This document shows positions 37,321 through 43,166 of a stretch of DNA of 43,166 nt, piece by piece. How positions within the stretch are numbered: position 1 is the first letter of the stretch; each line of letters starts with the position of its first letter. Made by a program: the position numbers and the translations under genes. Source of the stretch: Planctomycetia bacterium (lineage in GTDB: Bacteria; Planctomycetota; PLA2; JAEUHO01); the NCBI GenBank assembly GCA_016795345.1, contig JAEUHO010000223.1, positions 1 through 43,166 on the forward strand, given 5' to 3'. The notes under the pieces were generated by a model that was given only the letters and a program-made list of their open reading frames with translations, was not told the origin of the DNA and did not search any database.

Positions 37321-39366
37321 CTACGCGGGGCGGGCGTCCGTCGGCCCGAGCACGACCACGACGTCGGACGCGGCCAGCGGCCGGCCGTCGGGCGGGCACG
37401 GCGCGCGGCCGCCGTCGTCCGTCGGCCGCAGCACGACGAGCGGCGTCTCGAAGCGCGCGCGACGCCAGGCCTCGACGTCGAGCGGGCGGCCGATCCAGTC
37501 GCCGGGCACGGCGATCTCGGCGACGCGCCAGCCGGGCGGGAGGTCGACGTAGCTCGGCGCGCCCTGCGTGCGGGCGGTGAGCCGCGCGGGCCGCGAGGGC
37601 TCGACGAGCACCTCGTGGCGGAGCATCGCGAGGATGTCGCGCCGCGAGAGCGAGCCGACGAAGCGGCGGTCGTCGGCGGTCGCGACGACGGGCAGCTCGT
37701 CGAGCTCGCTGTCCTGGAAGCGCGCGAGGACGCGGCCGATGGCCTCGTCCTCGGCGGCGGGCGGCGTGGGCGCGGCGACGTCGAGCGCGATCACGGGGGC
37801 GCCCTCGCCGCGGTTGGCGAAGGCGCTCTTGACGTCGTGGAGGCGCGCGACGCCGACGTAGTGGCCCTCGTTGCCGACGACGTAGACGGCGTCGGAGCGC
37901 GTGTTGAGGAAGACGTCGATGACCTCGTCGAGGGACGCGGTCGCCGGGAGCGTGGGGGCTTTCGCGCGGACGAGGTCGCGGACGTAGGTGCGCAGGAGCG
38001 CCGCCTCCTCGATGCCCTCGGGGAGGCGGACGCCGCGACGCTTGAGGCGCGCGGTGTAGAGGCTGTCGGCGTGGATCACGCGCGCGAAGAGCGTGGCGGT
38101 GACCGCGCCGAGCATGAGGGGCGCGATCAGCGGCGGGTCGTGGGTGATCTCGAAGAGGATGAGGATCGACATGAGCGGGGCGTGCGTCGTCGCGGCGAGC
38201 ACGCTGCCCATGCCGATGAGGGCGTAGACGCCCGGGTCGACGCCGGGCATGACGCGCGCGAGCGCGCCGCCGAACGCCGCGCCGAGGGCCGCGCCGACGA
38301 AGAGGGTCGGGGTGAACACGCCGCCGCTGATGCCGCCGGCGCCGGTGATCGCCGACGCCGCGATCTTGGCGACGATCAGGAAGAGGAGCGTGGGGACCGC
38401 GTGGGCGGCGGGCAGGATGCGCTCGCTCACGGCGTCGTAGCCGTTGCCCCAGACCTCGGGCAGCCAGATGCCGAGCGCGCCGACGAGGAGGCCCGCGAGG
38501 ACGGCGCGGGCGCCGCGCGGGAGCTTGAGGCGCGCGAAGCCGTCCTCGCCCCACGTGAGCGCGTGGAGGAACAGCCAGCCGACGAGCGCGGAGAGGATGC
38601 CGAGCGCGAAGATCGGCAGGGCCTCCCACGGCGAGCCGACGGAGAGCTGGGGCACGACGTAGACCGGCGCGCTGCCGACGACCGCGCGGACGGTGAGGGT
38701 GCTCGTGACGCTCGCGACCATGACCGGCGCGAACTGCTCCATCACGAACGAGCCGAGGATGATCTCCATGACGAACATGGCCGCGCCGATGGGGGCGTTG
38801 TAGGCGCCGGCCATGCCCGCGGCCGCGCCGCAGGCGACGAGCACGGCGAGGTCGCGCGGCGAGAGCCGCGTGAAGCGGCCCACGGTGGACGCGATGGCCG
38901 AGCCGATCTGGATGATCGGGCCCTCGCGGCCGGTGGAGCCGCCGGAGCCGATCACCGCCGCCGTCGCGACGCTGCGCGCGAGCACGTCCGGCAGCCGCAC
39001 GTCGCCGCGGCGGAGCGACACCGACTCCATGATGTCGGCGATGCCATAGGAGCCGCGCCGCCGGAAGACGACGTAGAGCAGCAGGGCGGCGATCGCGGCG
39101 CCGAGCGCGGGGAGCACGAGCGCCTGCCACCACGAGAGGCGCTCGGCGGAGGCGAGGAGCCCGCCGGGCCCGACGTCGAAGAGGGCGAAGAAGGCGTACC
39201 GCGCGAGGTCGGTCAGCTTCTGGAAGCCGATGCCCGCGAGGCCGCAGGTGACGCCGATGAGCCCCGCGTAGAAGAAGACGCGGAGCTGCGACCCGAGCGC
39301 GCCGGCGCGGTCGGGGTCGAGGCCCGGCAGGAGGCCGGCGAGCGGTCGGAGGGGGGGCGTCCCCAT
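37321..39366 (-). CDS. ClC-family chloride channel/antiporter with C-terminal CBS pair and TrkA-C-like domain
   Basis: GSGGSTGREGP, GGISGGVFTPTLFVGAALG and GMAGAYNAPIGAAMFV. The C-terminal part has CBS-like segments and a terminal RCK-C-like beta domain. Confidence 0.92.
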   Translation of the reverse strand: MGTPPLRPLAGLLPGLDPDRAGALGSQLRVFFYAGLIGVTCGLAGIGFQKLTDLARYAFFALFDVGPGGLLASAERLSWWQALVLPALGAAIAALLLYVVFRRRGSYGIADIMESVSLRRGDVRLPDVLARSVATAAVIGSGGSTGREGPIIQIGSAIASTVGRFTRLSPRDLAVLVACGAAAGMAGAYNAPIGAAMFVMEIILGSFVMEQFAPVMVASVTSTLTVRAVVGSAPVYVVPQLSVGSPWEALPIFALGILSALVGWLFLHALTWGEDGFARLKLPRGARAVLAGLLVGALGIWLPEVWGNGYDAVSERILPAAHAVPTLLFLIVAKIAASAITGAGGISGGVFTPTLFVGAALGAAFGGALARVMPGVDPGVYALIGMGSVLAATTHAPLMSILILFEITHDPPLIAPLMLGAVTATLFARVIHADSLYTARLKRRGVRLPEGIEEAALLRTYVRDLVRAKAPTLPATASLDEVIDVFLNTRSDAVYVVGNEGHYVGVARLHDVKSAFANRGEGAPVIALDVAAPTPPAAEDEAIGRVLARFQDSELDELPVVATADDRRFVGSLSRRDILAMLRHEVLVEPSRPARLTARTQGAPSYVDLPPGWRVAEIAVPGDWIGRPLDVEAWRRARFETPLVVLRPTDDGGRAPCPPDGRPLAASDVVVVLGPTDARPA

Positions 39367-39464
39367 GGCGGGGATGCTACGCCCCCGGTCGCGGCGCGGG
39401 AACCTCGGTCCCCCGCCCCTCGGGCTGGGAAGCCGGCGCCGGTCGGGTACGTTCCTCCCGCGCC

Positions 39465-40064
39465 ATGGACGCCCGACTCTTCCTCGCCGCCCTCCGAGAC
39501 GTCCGACCGGACGTCCGCCATCGGTACGCCGACGGCATCCGCGCCGGGGAGAAGGGCGGGCAGCCGGTCCCGGGCATCTGGCGGCTGTTCGCGTTCAAGC
39601 CGGCGCTGGCCGACCGGCTCGGGCCGCTCGCCCAGGAGATCCTGCGCGGGCCGTCGCCGCTCACGCCCGGGTTCCGCGAGCTGATCGCGGCCTTCGTCTC
39701 GTCGCGGAACCACTGCCTGTTCTGAACGTCGGCCCACGCCGCGGTCGCGGCGTTCCTCCTGAAGGACGAGCCCCTGGTGGCGGCGGTGTGCCGCGACCTC
39801 GCCACGGCGCCGGTCTCCGAGCCGGAGCGCGCGCTCCTCCGGTACGTCGAGAAGCTGACGCTCGCGCCCGCCACGTGCTGCCAGGCCGACGTCGACGGGC
39901 TGAAGGCGCACGGATGGGACGACGAGGCGGTGTTCGACGCCGTGACGGTGACGGCCCTGTTCTCGTTCTTCAACCGCTGGATCGACGGCAACGGCGTCGC
40001 CGACACGCCGCCGGGCTTCTACGCCGAGCGGCTGAAGGCCATGGGCGACTTCAAGTACGCGTGA
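39465..40064 (+). CDS. AhpD/carboxymuconolactone-decarboxylase (CMD) family 'peroxidase-related' protein with an in-frame TGA (39723-39725), read here as selenocysteine (CxxU)
   Basis: Track ORFs 39465..39725 and 39777..40064 are in the same frame and are separated only by one TGA. The joined 199-aa protein reads ...RELIAAFVSSRNHCLF[TGA]TSAHAAV..., which is the family CxxC..H redox motif with the second Cys position encoded by TGA. GC3 stays high across the junction. A SECIS-like hairpin follows. Confidence 0.6.
39736..39753 (+). promoter_or_regulatory. Candidate bacterial SECIS hairpin
   Basis: ACGCCGC-GGTC-GCGGCGT, a perfect 7-bp stem starting 10 nt after the TGA. The apical loop GGUC begins at nt 21 counted from the U of UGA. 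As I recall, the E. coli fdhF SECIS apical loop is also GGUC at about the same distance. Confidence 0.45.
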
Positions 40065-40089
40065 GCGGTCGCGGCGGTACCCTCACGGG

Positions 40090-40938
40090 ATGCGCGGCCA
40101 CGACCGGGAGTCCACGAGCGGCGTGCCCTTCCCGGGCCGGCCGCTGCCCCGCGAGCAGTGGACGCGCACCCGCGTGCCGCTGGGCGCCAAGGGCGCGCGG
40201 TTCGACTGGGTGGCGGCGTTCGGCCGCGAGGCCCCGCGCGTGCTGGACCTCGGGTGCGGCAACGGCCGCTACCTCGTGGCCTCGGCGCTCGTCCGGCGCG
40301 ACCTCGACCATCTCGGCGTCGAGCTGGTGCCGCCCGCGGTGAAGCTGGGCTCGCTGCGGGCGGGCCAGCGCGGGCTGACGAACTGCAGGCTCGCCTGGGG
40401 CGACGCGAGCGAGTTCGTGCTCGAGCGCTGCCCGACCGCGTCGGTCGCCGAGGTGCACCTCTACCACCCGCAGCCCTACTACGAGGCCGACAAGGTTGTG
40501 CGTCGCCAGCTGACGCCCGCGATCCTCGCCGCGATCCACCGCGTGCTCGTGCCGGGCGGCCTGTTCGTCTTCCAGACGGACAACCCGGCGTACGCGGCCT
40601 ACGCGCGGGCCGTCGTCCCGAGCCTGTTCGCGTGGACCGAACGCGCCGACCCCTGGCCCGACGCGCCCGCCGGCCGCACCCTGCGCGAGATCACCGCGCG
40701 GAAGCTCGGCCTCGCGATCGTCCGGGCGGAGGCCTGCCGGCTCGACCTCGCGCCCGACGAGGTGGCCCGGCGGGTCGCGACGCTGCCCGAGCCCGTGTTC
40801 GACGCGAACCGGCCCGCGTTCCGCGAGGGGGGGGCGCGCCGCAAACGCTCCCGACGCGGCGGGCGCCGTCGCGGGGGCGGGCCCGGCGGGCCGCCTCGCG
40901 ACGCCGGGCGCCGCGCGGGGCCGCCGAAAGGACCGTGA
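40090..40938 (+). CDS. TrmB-family tRNA (guanine-N7)-methyltransferase-like SAM methyltransferase with an Arg/Gly-rich C-terminal tail
   Basis: VLDLGCGNGRYL SAM motif, HLYHPQPYY....RRQL (equivalent to the TrmB FPDPW..K..HKRR region) and FVFQTDN. The tail is RRKRSRRGGRRRGGGPGG. Confidence 0.7.
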   Translation: MRGHDRESTSGVPFPGRPLPREQWTRTRVPLGAKGARFDWVAAFGREAPRVLDLGCGNGRYLVASALVRRDLDHLGVELVPPAVKLGSLRAGQRGLTNCRLAWGDASEFVLERCPTASVAEVHLYHPQPYYEADKVVRRQLTPAILAAIHRVLVPGGLFVFQTDNPAYAAYARAVVPSLFAWTERADPWPDAPAGRTLREITARKLGLAIVRAEACRLDLAPDEVARRVATLPEPVFDANRPAFREGGARRKRSRRGGRRRGGGPGGPPRDAGRRAGPPKGP

Positions 40939-41009
40939 CCGGCGGGGGGGCTCGCGCGAGGGAAGAGGGCGCCTCGGGATCGGCCCGCGGCCGCCCCTGG
41001 AGCTTCCCC

Positions 41010-41579
41010 ATGTCCCGATTCTCGCGGTCGGCCCTCGCCGCCGTCCTGTCCGTGGCGGCGGTCGCCGCCTCCGTCCCCTCCGTCGCGCGCGCGGGTGACC
41101 CCGCCGCGCCCGCCGCGCCCGCGGCCACCGTGTCGCCGCGCCTCGCCGCCGTCGAGGGCGAGGTGCGCGCGGTCGAGCACCTCCTGACGCTCCTGCGCCG
41201 CACGCGCAACGACCTGCGCGCCGGTCGCGAGGAGACCGCGCTCACCGCCGAGGCCGCGTCCGCGCGCGAGGCCGCCCTGCGCGCGGTGCGCGACGTCCTG
41301 CGCTACGAGGGCGCGCGGACGAAGGCCACCGCGGCGCTCGGGGCCGCGCTCGAGGCGAAGGACGACGCGAAGGCGACGGAGGCCCGGGCCGCGCTCGACG
41401 CCGCCGACCGCAAGCTCGCCGACGTGTGGGCCAAACTCGAGTCGGACGCCGCCGCGCGCAAGGACGCCGAGAAGGCCGATGCGGCGGGCAAGGGCGTGAA
41501 GGCCCCCGACGCGGAGAAGCCCGCGCGGCGCGCGGACAAGAACTCCTCGATGGGGGCCTCCGAGGCCGACGAGGACTGA
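41010..41579 (+). CDS. Secreted Ala/Glu/Lys-rich coiled-coil protein, unknown function
   Basis: Signal peptide MSRFSRSALAAVLSVAAVAASVPSVARA/GD, followed by helical low-complexity sequence. Confidence 0.5.
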   Translation: MSRFSRSALAAVLSVAAVAASVPSVARAGDPAAPAAPAATVSPRLAAVEGEVRAVEHLLTLLRRTRNDLRAGREETALTAEAASAREAALRAVRDVLRYEGARTKATAALGAALEAKDDAKATEARAALDAADRKLADVWAKLESDAAARKDAEKADAAGKGVKAPDAEKPARRADKNSSMGASEADED

Positions 41580-41642
41580 CGTCCGTCGTCCGTGGCCCGA
41601 CGGTCGGGGCGGCGGCGTTTCCGAGGACGGGGCGGCGGAGGC

Positions 41643-42491
41643 CTACTTGCCTTCGCCGTCCGTCCCGCCGGGGGCGCCGTCGTCCATCGGCGCGGGCTCC
41701 GGCGTCGCGGGCTTGGCGGCCTCGTCCTTCTTGGGCGTCGTGCCGCTCGCCGCGTCTTCCTTCTCCTTCGCCTGCGTCTCCTCGAGCGCCTTCGCGCTCG
41801 CCTTGACGCCCTGCGCGATCACGACCTGCGCCGCCGCGGCGGGCAGCAGGAAGCTCTTCGTCCAGCGCGGGCCGTCCGACACGCCCTGCTGCTGGATCAT
41901 CACGCCGGCGAACTTGCCCGCGCCGGTGAACAGCGGGCTCGCGAGCGCCCACGCGCCGGAGGGCAGCCACATGTCGCGCGGCTTCTTCACCTGCCCGACG
42001 ATCTTCACGGTGCCGTAGTACGGCGCGTAGTCGAAGCCGTCCTCGAGGCGGGAGACGCCGAACAGCTCGTCGCCGACCTTCACCTCGCCGGCGTCGGCGG
42101 GGTTGACGGGCGCGATCGCGCGTCCGGTCGTGTCCTTGATGCGGAAGAACGCGAGCCCCAGCCGGCTGTCGAACGCGCCGAGGATCGCGTCGTACTCCTT
42201 CTCGTCGCCGGGGAACACGACGCGCGCGCTCACGAGGGCGACCTTCGCGCCGCCGCGCGTGTTGCCGAGCCCGGTGGTCATCACGACGCCGCTCGGGTCC
42301 ACGAGGGTCCCCATCCGCTCGGAGGCGTTCTCGAACTCGCCGATCTTCGTCACCAGCTTCAGCACCACGACGGAGGCCGCCTTGGTGTCGAGTTGCTGGG
42401 CGTAGGCCGGGTCGTCGGCATGGACCGACGTCGGGCAGGCGAGGGGGCCGGCGAGCAGCGCGGCGGCGAGAGCGAGGGGGGCGAAGCGCAT
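41643..42491 (-). CDS. Secreted protein, distant trypsin/HtrA-like fold guess, acidic/Lys-rich C-terminal tail
   Basis: ATG at 42491 with AGGAG upstream, and signal peptide MRFAPLALAAALLAGPLA. Segments loosely recall S1C proteases (GTLVDPSGVVMTT, LGLAFFRI, GDELFGVS), but I cannot identify a His-Asp-Ser triad. Confidence 0.45.
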   Translation of the reverse strand: MRFAPLALAAALLAGPLACPTSVHADDPAYAQQLDTKAASVVVLKLVTKIGEFENASERMGTLVDPSGVVMTTGLGNTRGGAKVALVSARVVFPGDEKEYDAILGAFDSRLGLAFFRIKDTTGRAIAPVNPADAGEVKVGDELFGVSRLEDGFDYAPYYGTVKIVGQVKKPRDMWLPSGAWALASPLFTGAGKFAGVMIQQQGVSDGPRWTKSFLLPAAAAQVVIAQGVKASAKALEETQAKEKEDAASGTTPKKDEAAKPATPEPAPMDDGAPGGTDGEGK

Positions 42492-42609
42492 CCGGGGGTA
42501 CTCCTGGTCCTGCAGCCTACGCCACCCCGCGGTGATGGGGGTGGGCCCCTCCTTCTCGGCCGTCGGCCCCCCGGACGTGAGGCGGCCGCCGCCGGAGTGG
42601 GGGACGGGG

Positions 42610-42630
42610 CGGGCCTCGACCCGAGGCCCG
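42610..42630. repeat. Perfect palindrome CGGGCCTCG-acc-CGAGGCCCG (inverted pair of the dispersed motif core)
   Basis: 9-bp stem with a 3-nt loop. It lies between the tRNA-like copy 1 and the start of the 41643..42491 gene. Confidence 0.85.
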
Positions 42631-42663
42631 GTCGGGGAGGGGGGCTCCACCGGCCGAGGCGCC

Positions 42664-42744
42664 GCGGCCTTCGTGGTTGCGGGGGCGGGAGTCGAACCCG
42701 CGCGGACCGTCGGTGGGGCCGGCGGTCTTGAAGGCCGGTTGGAC
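42664..42744 (-). repeat. tRNA-like 3' segment, copy 1 (T-arm + acceptor 3' strand + CCA; RNA part 42674-42744); no matching 5' acceptor strand immediately upstream
   Basis: The minus strand reads GUCCAACCGGCCUUCAAGACCGCCGGCCCCACCGACGGUCCGC-GCGGG-UUCGACU-CCCGC-CCCCGCA-A-CCA. It is identical over 81 bp to 43086-43166. Confidence 0.7.
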
Positions 42745-42750
42745 GGCGAC

Positions 42751-42762
42751 CGGGCCTCGCGT
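42751..42762 (-). repeat. Dispersed 12-mer (reverse copy) abutting the upstream edge of tRNA-like copy 1
   Basis: Exact match. Together with 42622-42633 it forms a 12-bp inverted repeat (cgaggcccggtc / gaccgggcctcg) bracketing copy 1. Confidence 0.8.
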
Positions 42763-43012
42763 TGGCGGACAGGGCCCGCGATCTCGCCCTCCGGCTCCGC
42801 GCGACGCGCCGTTCTCTAAGGAGGGGCCATGTGGCCCCCTGCGGGCGGCGCTGCGCGCCGTCCTCGGGGGACGTCGCTCGCTGCGCTCGCTCCTACCCCG
42901 CGCTGTTCTGTGAGGGGGCCAAGCCCCCTCACCGGGCTCGCTGCGCTCGCCCTCCTCCCCCTTCGGCGCCTGCGGGTGCTTCGCACCCTGGTCGCCTACC
43001 ACCCCTCCCGGT

Positions 43013-43032
43013 CGCGGGTCGACTCCCGCCCC
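43013..43032 (+). repeat. Degenerate inverted copy of the same T-arm/acceptor segment (opposite strand)
   Basis: The plus strand cgcgggtcgactcccgcccc matches the minus-strand element cgcgggttcgactcccgcccc with a 1-nt deletion. The flanks also resemble it (ccacc..cggtc). Confidence 0.6.
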
Positions 43033-43064
43033 AGTTCCCCGGACCACGGACGCTCTAGAAATGG

Positions 43065-43095
43065 CGAAGGCCGCTGCTTGTGGCAGCGGCCTTCG
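43065..43095 (-). terminator. Intrinsic-terminator-like hairpin immediately 3' of tRNA-like copy 2
   Basis: Perfect 13-bp stem CGAAGGCCGCTGC / GCAGCGGCCTTCG with a 5-nt loop. On the minus strand it is followed by CCAUUUCUAG, the most AT-rich spot in the region. Confidence 0.55.
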
Positions 43096-43166
43096 TGGTT
43101 GCGGGGGCGGGAGTCGAACCCGCGCGGACCGTCGGTGGGGCCGGCGGTCTTGAAGGCCGGTTGGAC
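43086..43166 (-). tRNA. tRNA-like gene, copy 2, truncated by the window edge (3' part only visible, CCA at 43096-43098). Possible class II tRNA; the loop CUUCAAG would give anticodon UCA (tRNA-Sec-like), but the anticodon stem is non-canonical
   Basis: GGTTCGACTCC T-arm, a 7-nt acceptor strand, discriminator A, encoded CCA, and a terminator hairpin directly downstream. CUUCAAG lies at the distance from the 3' end expected for a long-variable-arm tRNA. The 5' half lies outside the window. Confidence 0.4.

Noticed and set aside
39777-40064. Treating 39777..40064 (GTG start) and 39465..39725 as two independent small genes, or as a pseudogene
   Set aside because: Neither half is a complete CMD/AhpD domain. 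They share a frame, the interruption is one TGA at the conserved redox Cys position, and a SECIS-like hairpin follows. I kept pseudogene as the alternative in the finding.
42517-43047. 176-aa minus-strand ORF across the tRNA-like region
   Set aside because: Many A/T-ending codons (gga, cga, gta, act) are atypical for this genome, and the sequence is Gly/Arg/Pro-rich nonsense. It also reads straight through tRNA-like copy 1.
42674-43064. tmRNA (ssrA), standard or two-piece/permuted, on either strand
   Set aside because: The 3' end resembles tmRNA/tRNA (GCGGG-UUCGACU-CCCGC...ACCA), and a GGGGCGGGAGUCGAC string occurs upstream. However, the acceptor strand CCCCGCA has no U70 for the G3-U70 alanine identity pair. 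The GGGGCGG string pairs with the T-stem rather than the acceptor end, so it is simply an inverted copy of the T-arm. I also found no resume codon or tag ORF ending in ...LAA-stop.
42817-43166. Plus-strand gene starting at the consensus TAAGGAGG-N4-ATG (42829)
   Set aside because: The translation (MWPPAGGAARRPRGTSLAAL...) is off-frame-like and third-position composition is poor. The ATG is sequestered in a perfect hairpin loop, and the frame runs through the terminator hairpin and the tRNA-like repeat.
1-43166. CRISPR arrays, rRNA genes, IS elements, integrases, toxin-antitoxin pairs or recognisable defence-system genes
   Set aside because: I looked for regularly spaced 25-40-bp repeats, transposase or integrase motifs (DDE, R-H-R-Y) and small adjacent gene pairs, and found none. 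The only regular repeats are the 37-bp x2 unit, the 21-bp-period array and the 81-bp tRNA-like duplication reported above.

Overview
This is a very GC-rich chromosomal segment: by eye it is well above 70% G+C, and real genes have almost every third codon position as G/C. It comes from a diderm bacterium, shown by an LpxH-type lipid A enzyme, lipobox lipoproteins and a beta-barrel OMP. The taxon cannot be fixed from this window. I can support about 36 protein genes, mostly housekeeping or metabolic.

Gene content, left to right:
- A benzoyl-CoA reductase / 2-hydroxyacyl-CoA dehydratase-type module (B-A-D subunits) coupled to an SDR and a GNAT.
- Class II (AdoCbl) ribonucleotide reductase NrdJ and a GT28 glycosyltransferase.
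- A thioredoxin-like 2Fe-2S ferredoxin, an OMP, an EboE-like TIM barrel and MogA/MoaB.
- Fused isobutyryl-CoA mutase IcmF and an LpxH-like phosphoesterase.
- An M1 aminopeptidase with a HEAT tail, a CDF transporter, an SDR, RluA, PCD and ArfB.
- A roughly 10x Ig-like-repeat surface protein, several HExxH proteins, EttA, a GGDEF cyclase and a large CarboxypepD_reg-repeat protein.
- A ClC channel and TrmB.

The many long antisense or off-frame ORFs in the track are high-GC artefacts. I saw no rRNA, CRISPR array, integrase or transposase.

Items most worth a second look:
1. An AhpD/CMD-family gene is split in the ORF track by a single in-frame TGA that sits exactly at the second redox position (CxxU). 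A SECIS-like hairpin lies just downstream, so this is a likely selenoprotein.
2. The non-coding right end of the window holds an 81-bp perfect direct repeat of a tRNA-like 3' segment (T-arm, acceptor, CCA, and a CUUCAAG loop containing UCA). The two copies are 422 bp apart. Between them lie an inverted degenerate third copy and a hairpin-dense spacer.
3. A dispersed, mostly intergenic 12-mer family (ACGCGAGGCCCG) often occurs in inverted pairs and includes a 21-bp-period tandem array.
4. A perfect 37-bp tandem hairpin repeat lies between two convergent genes.
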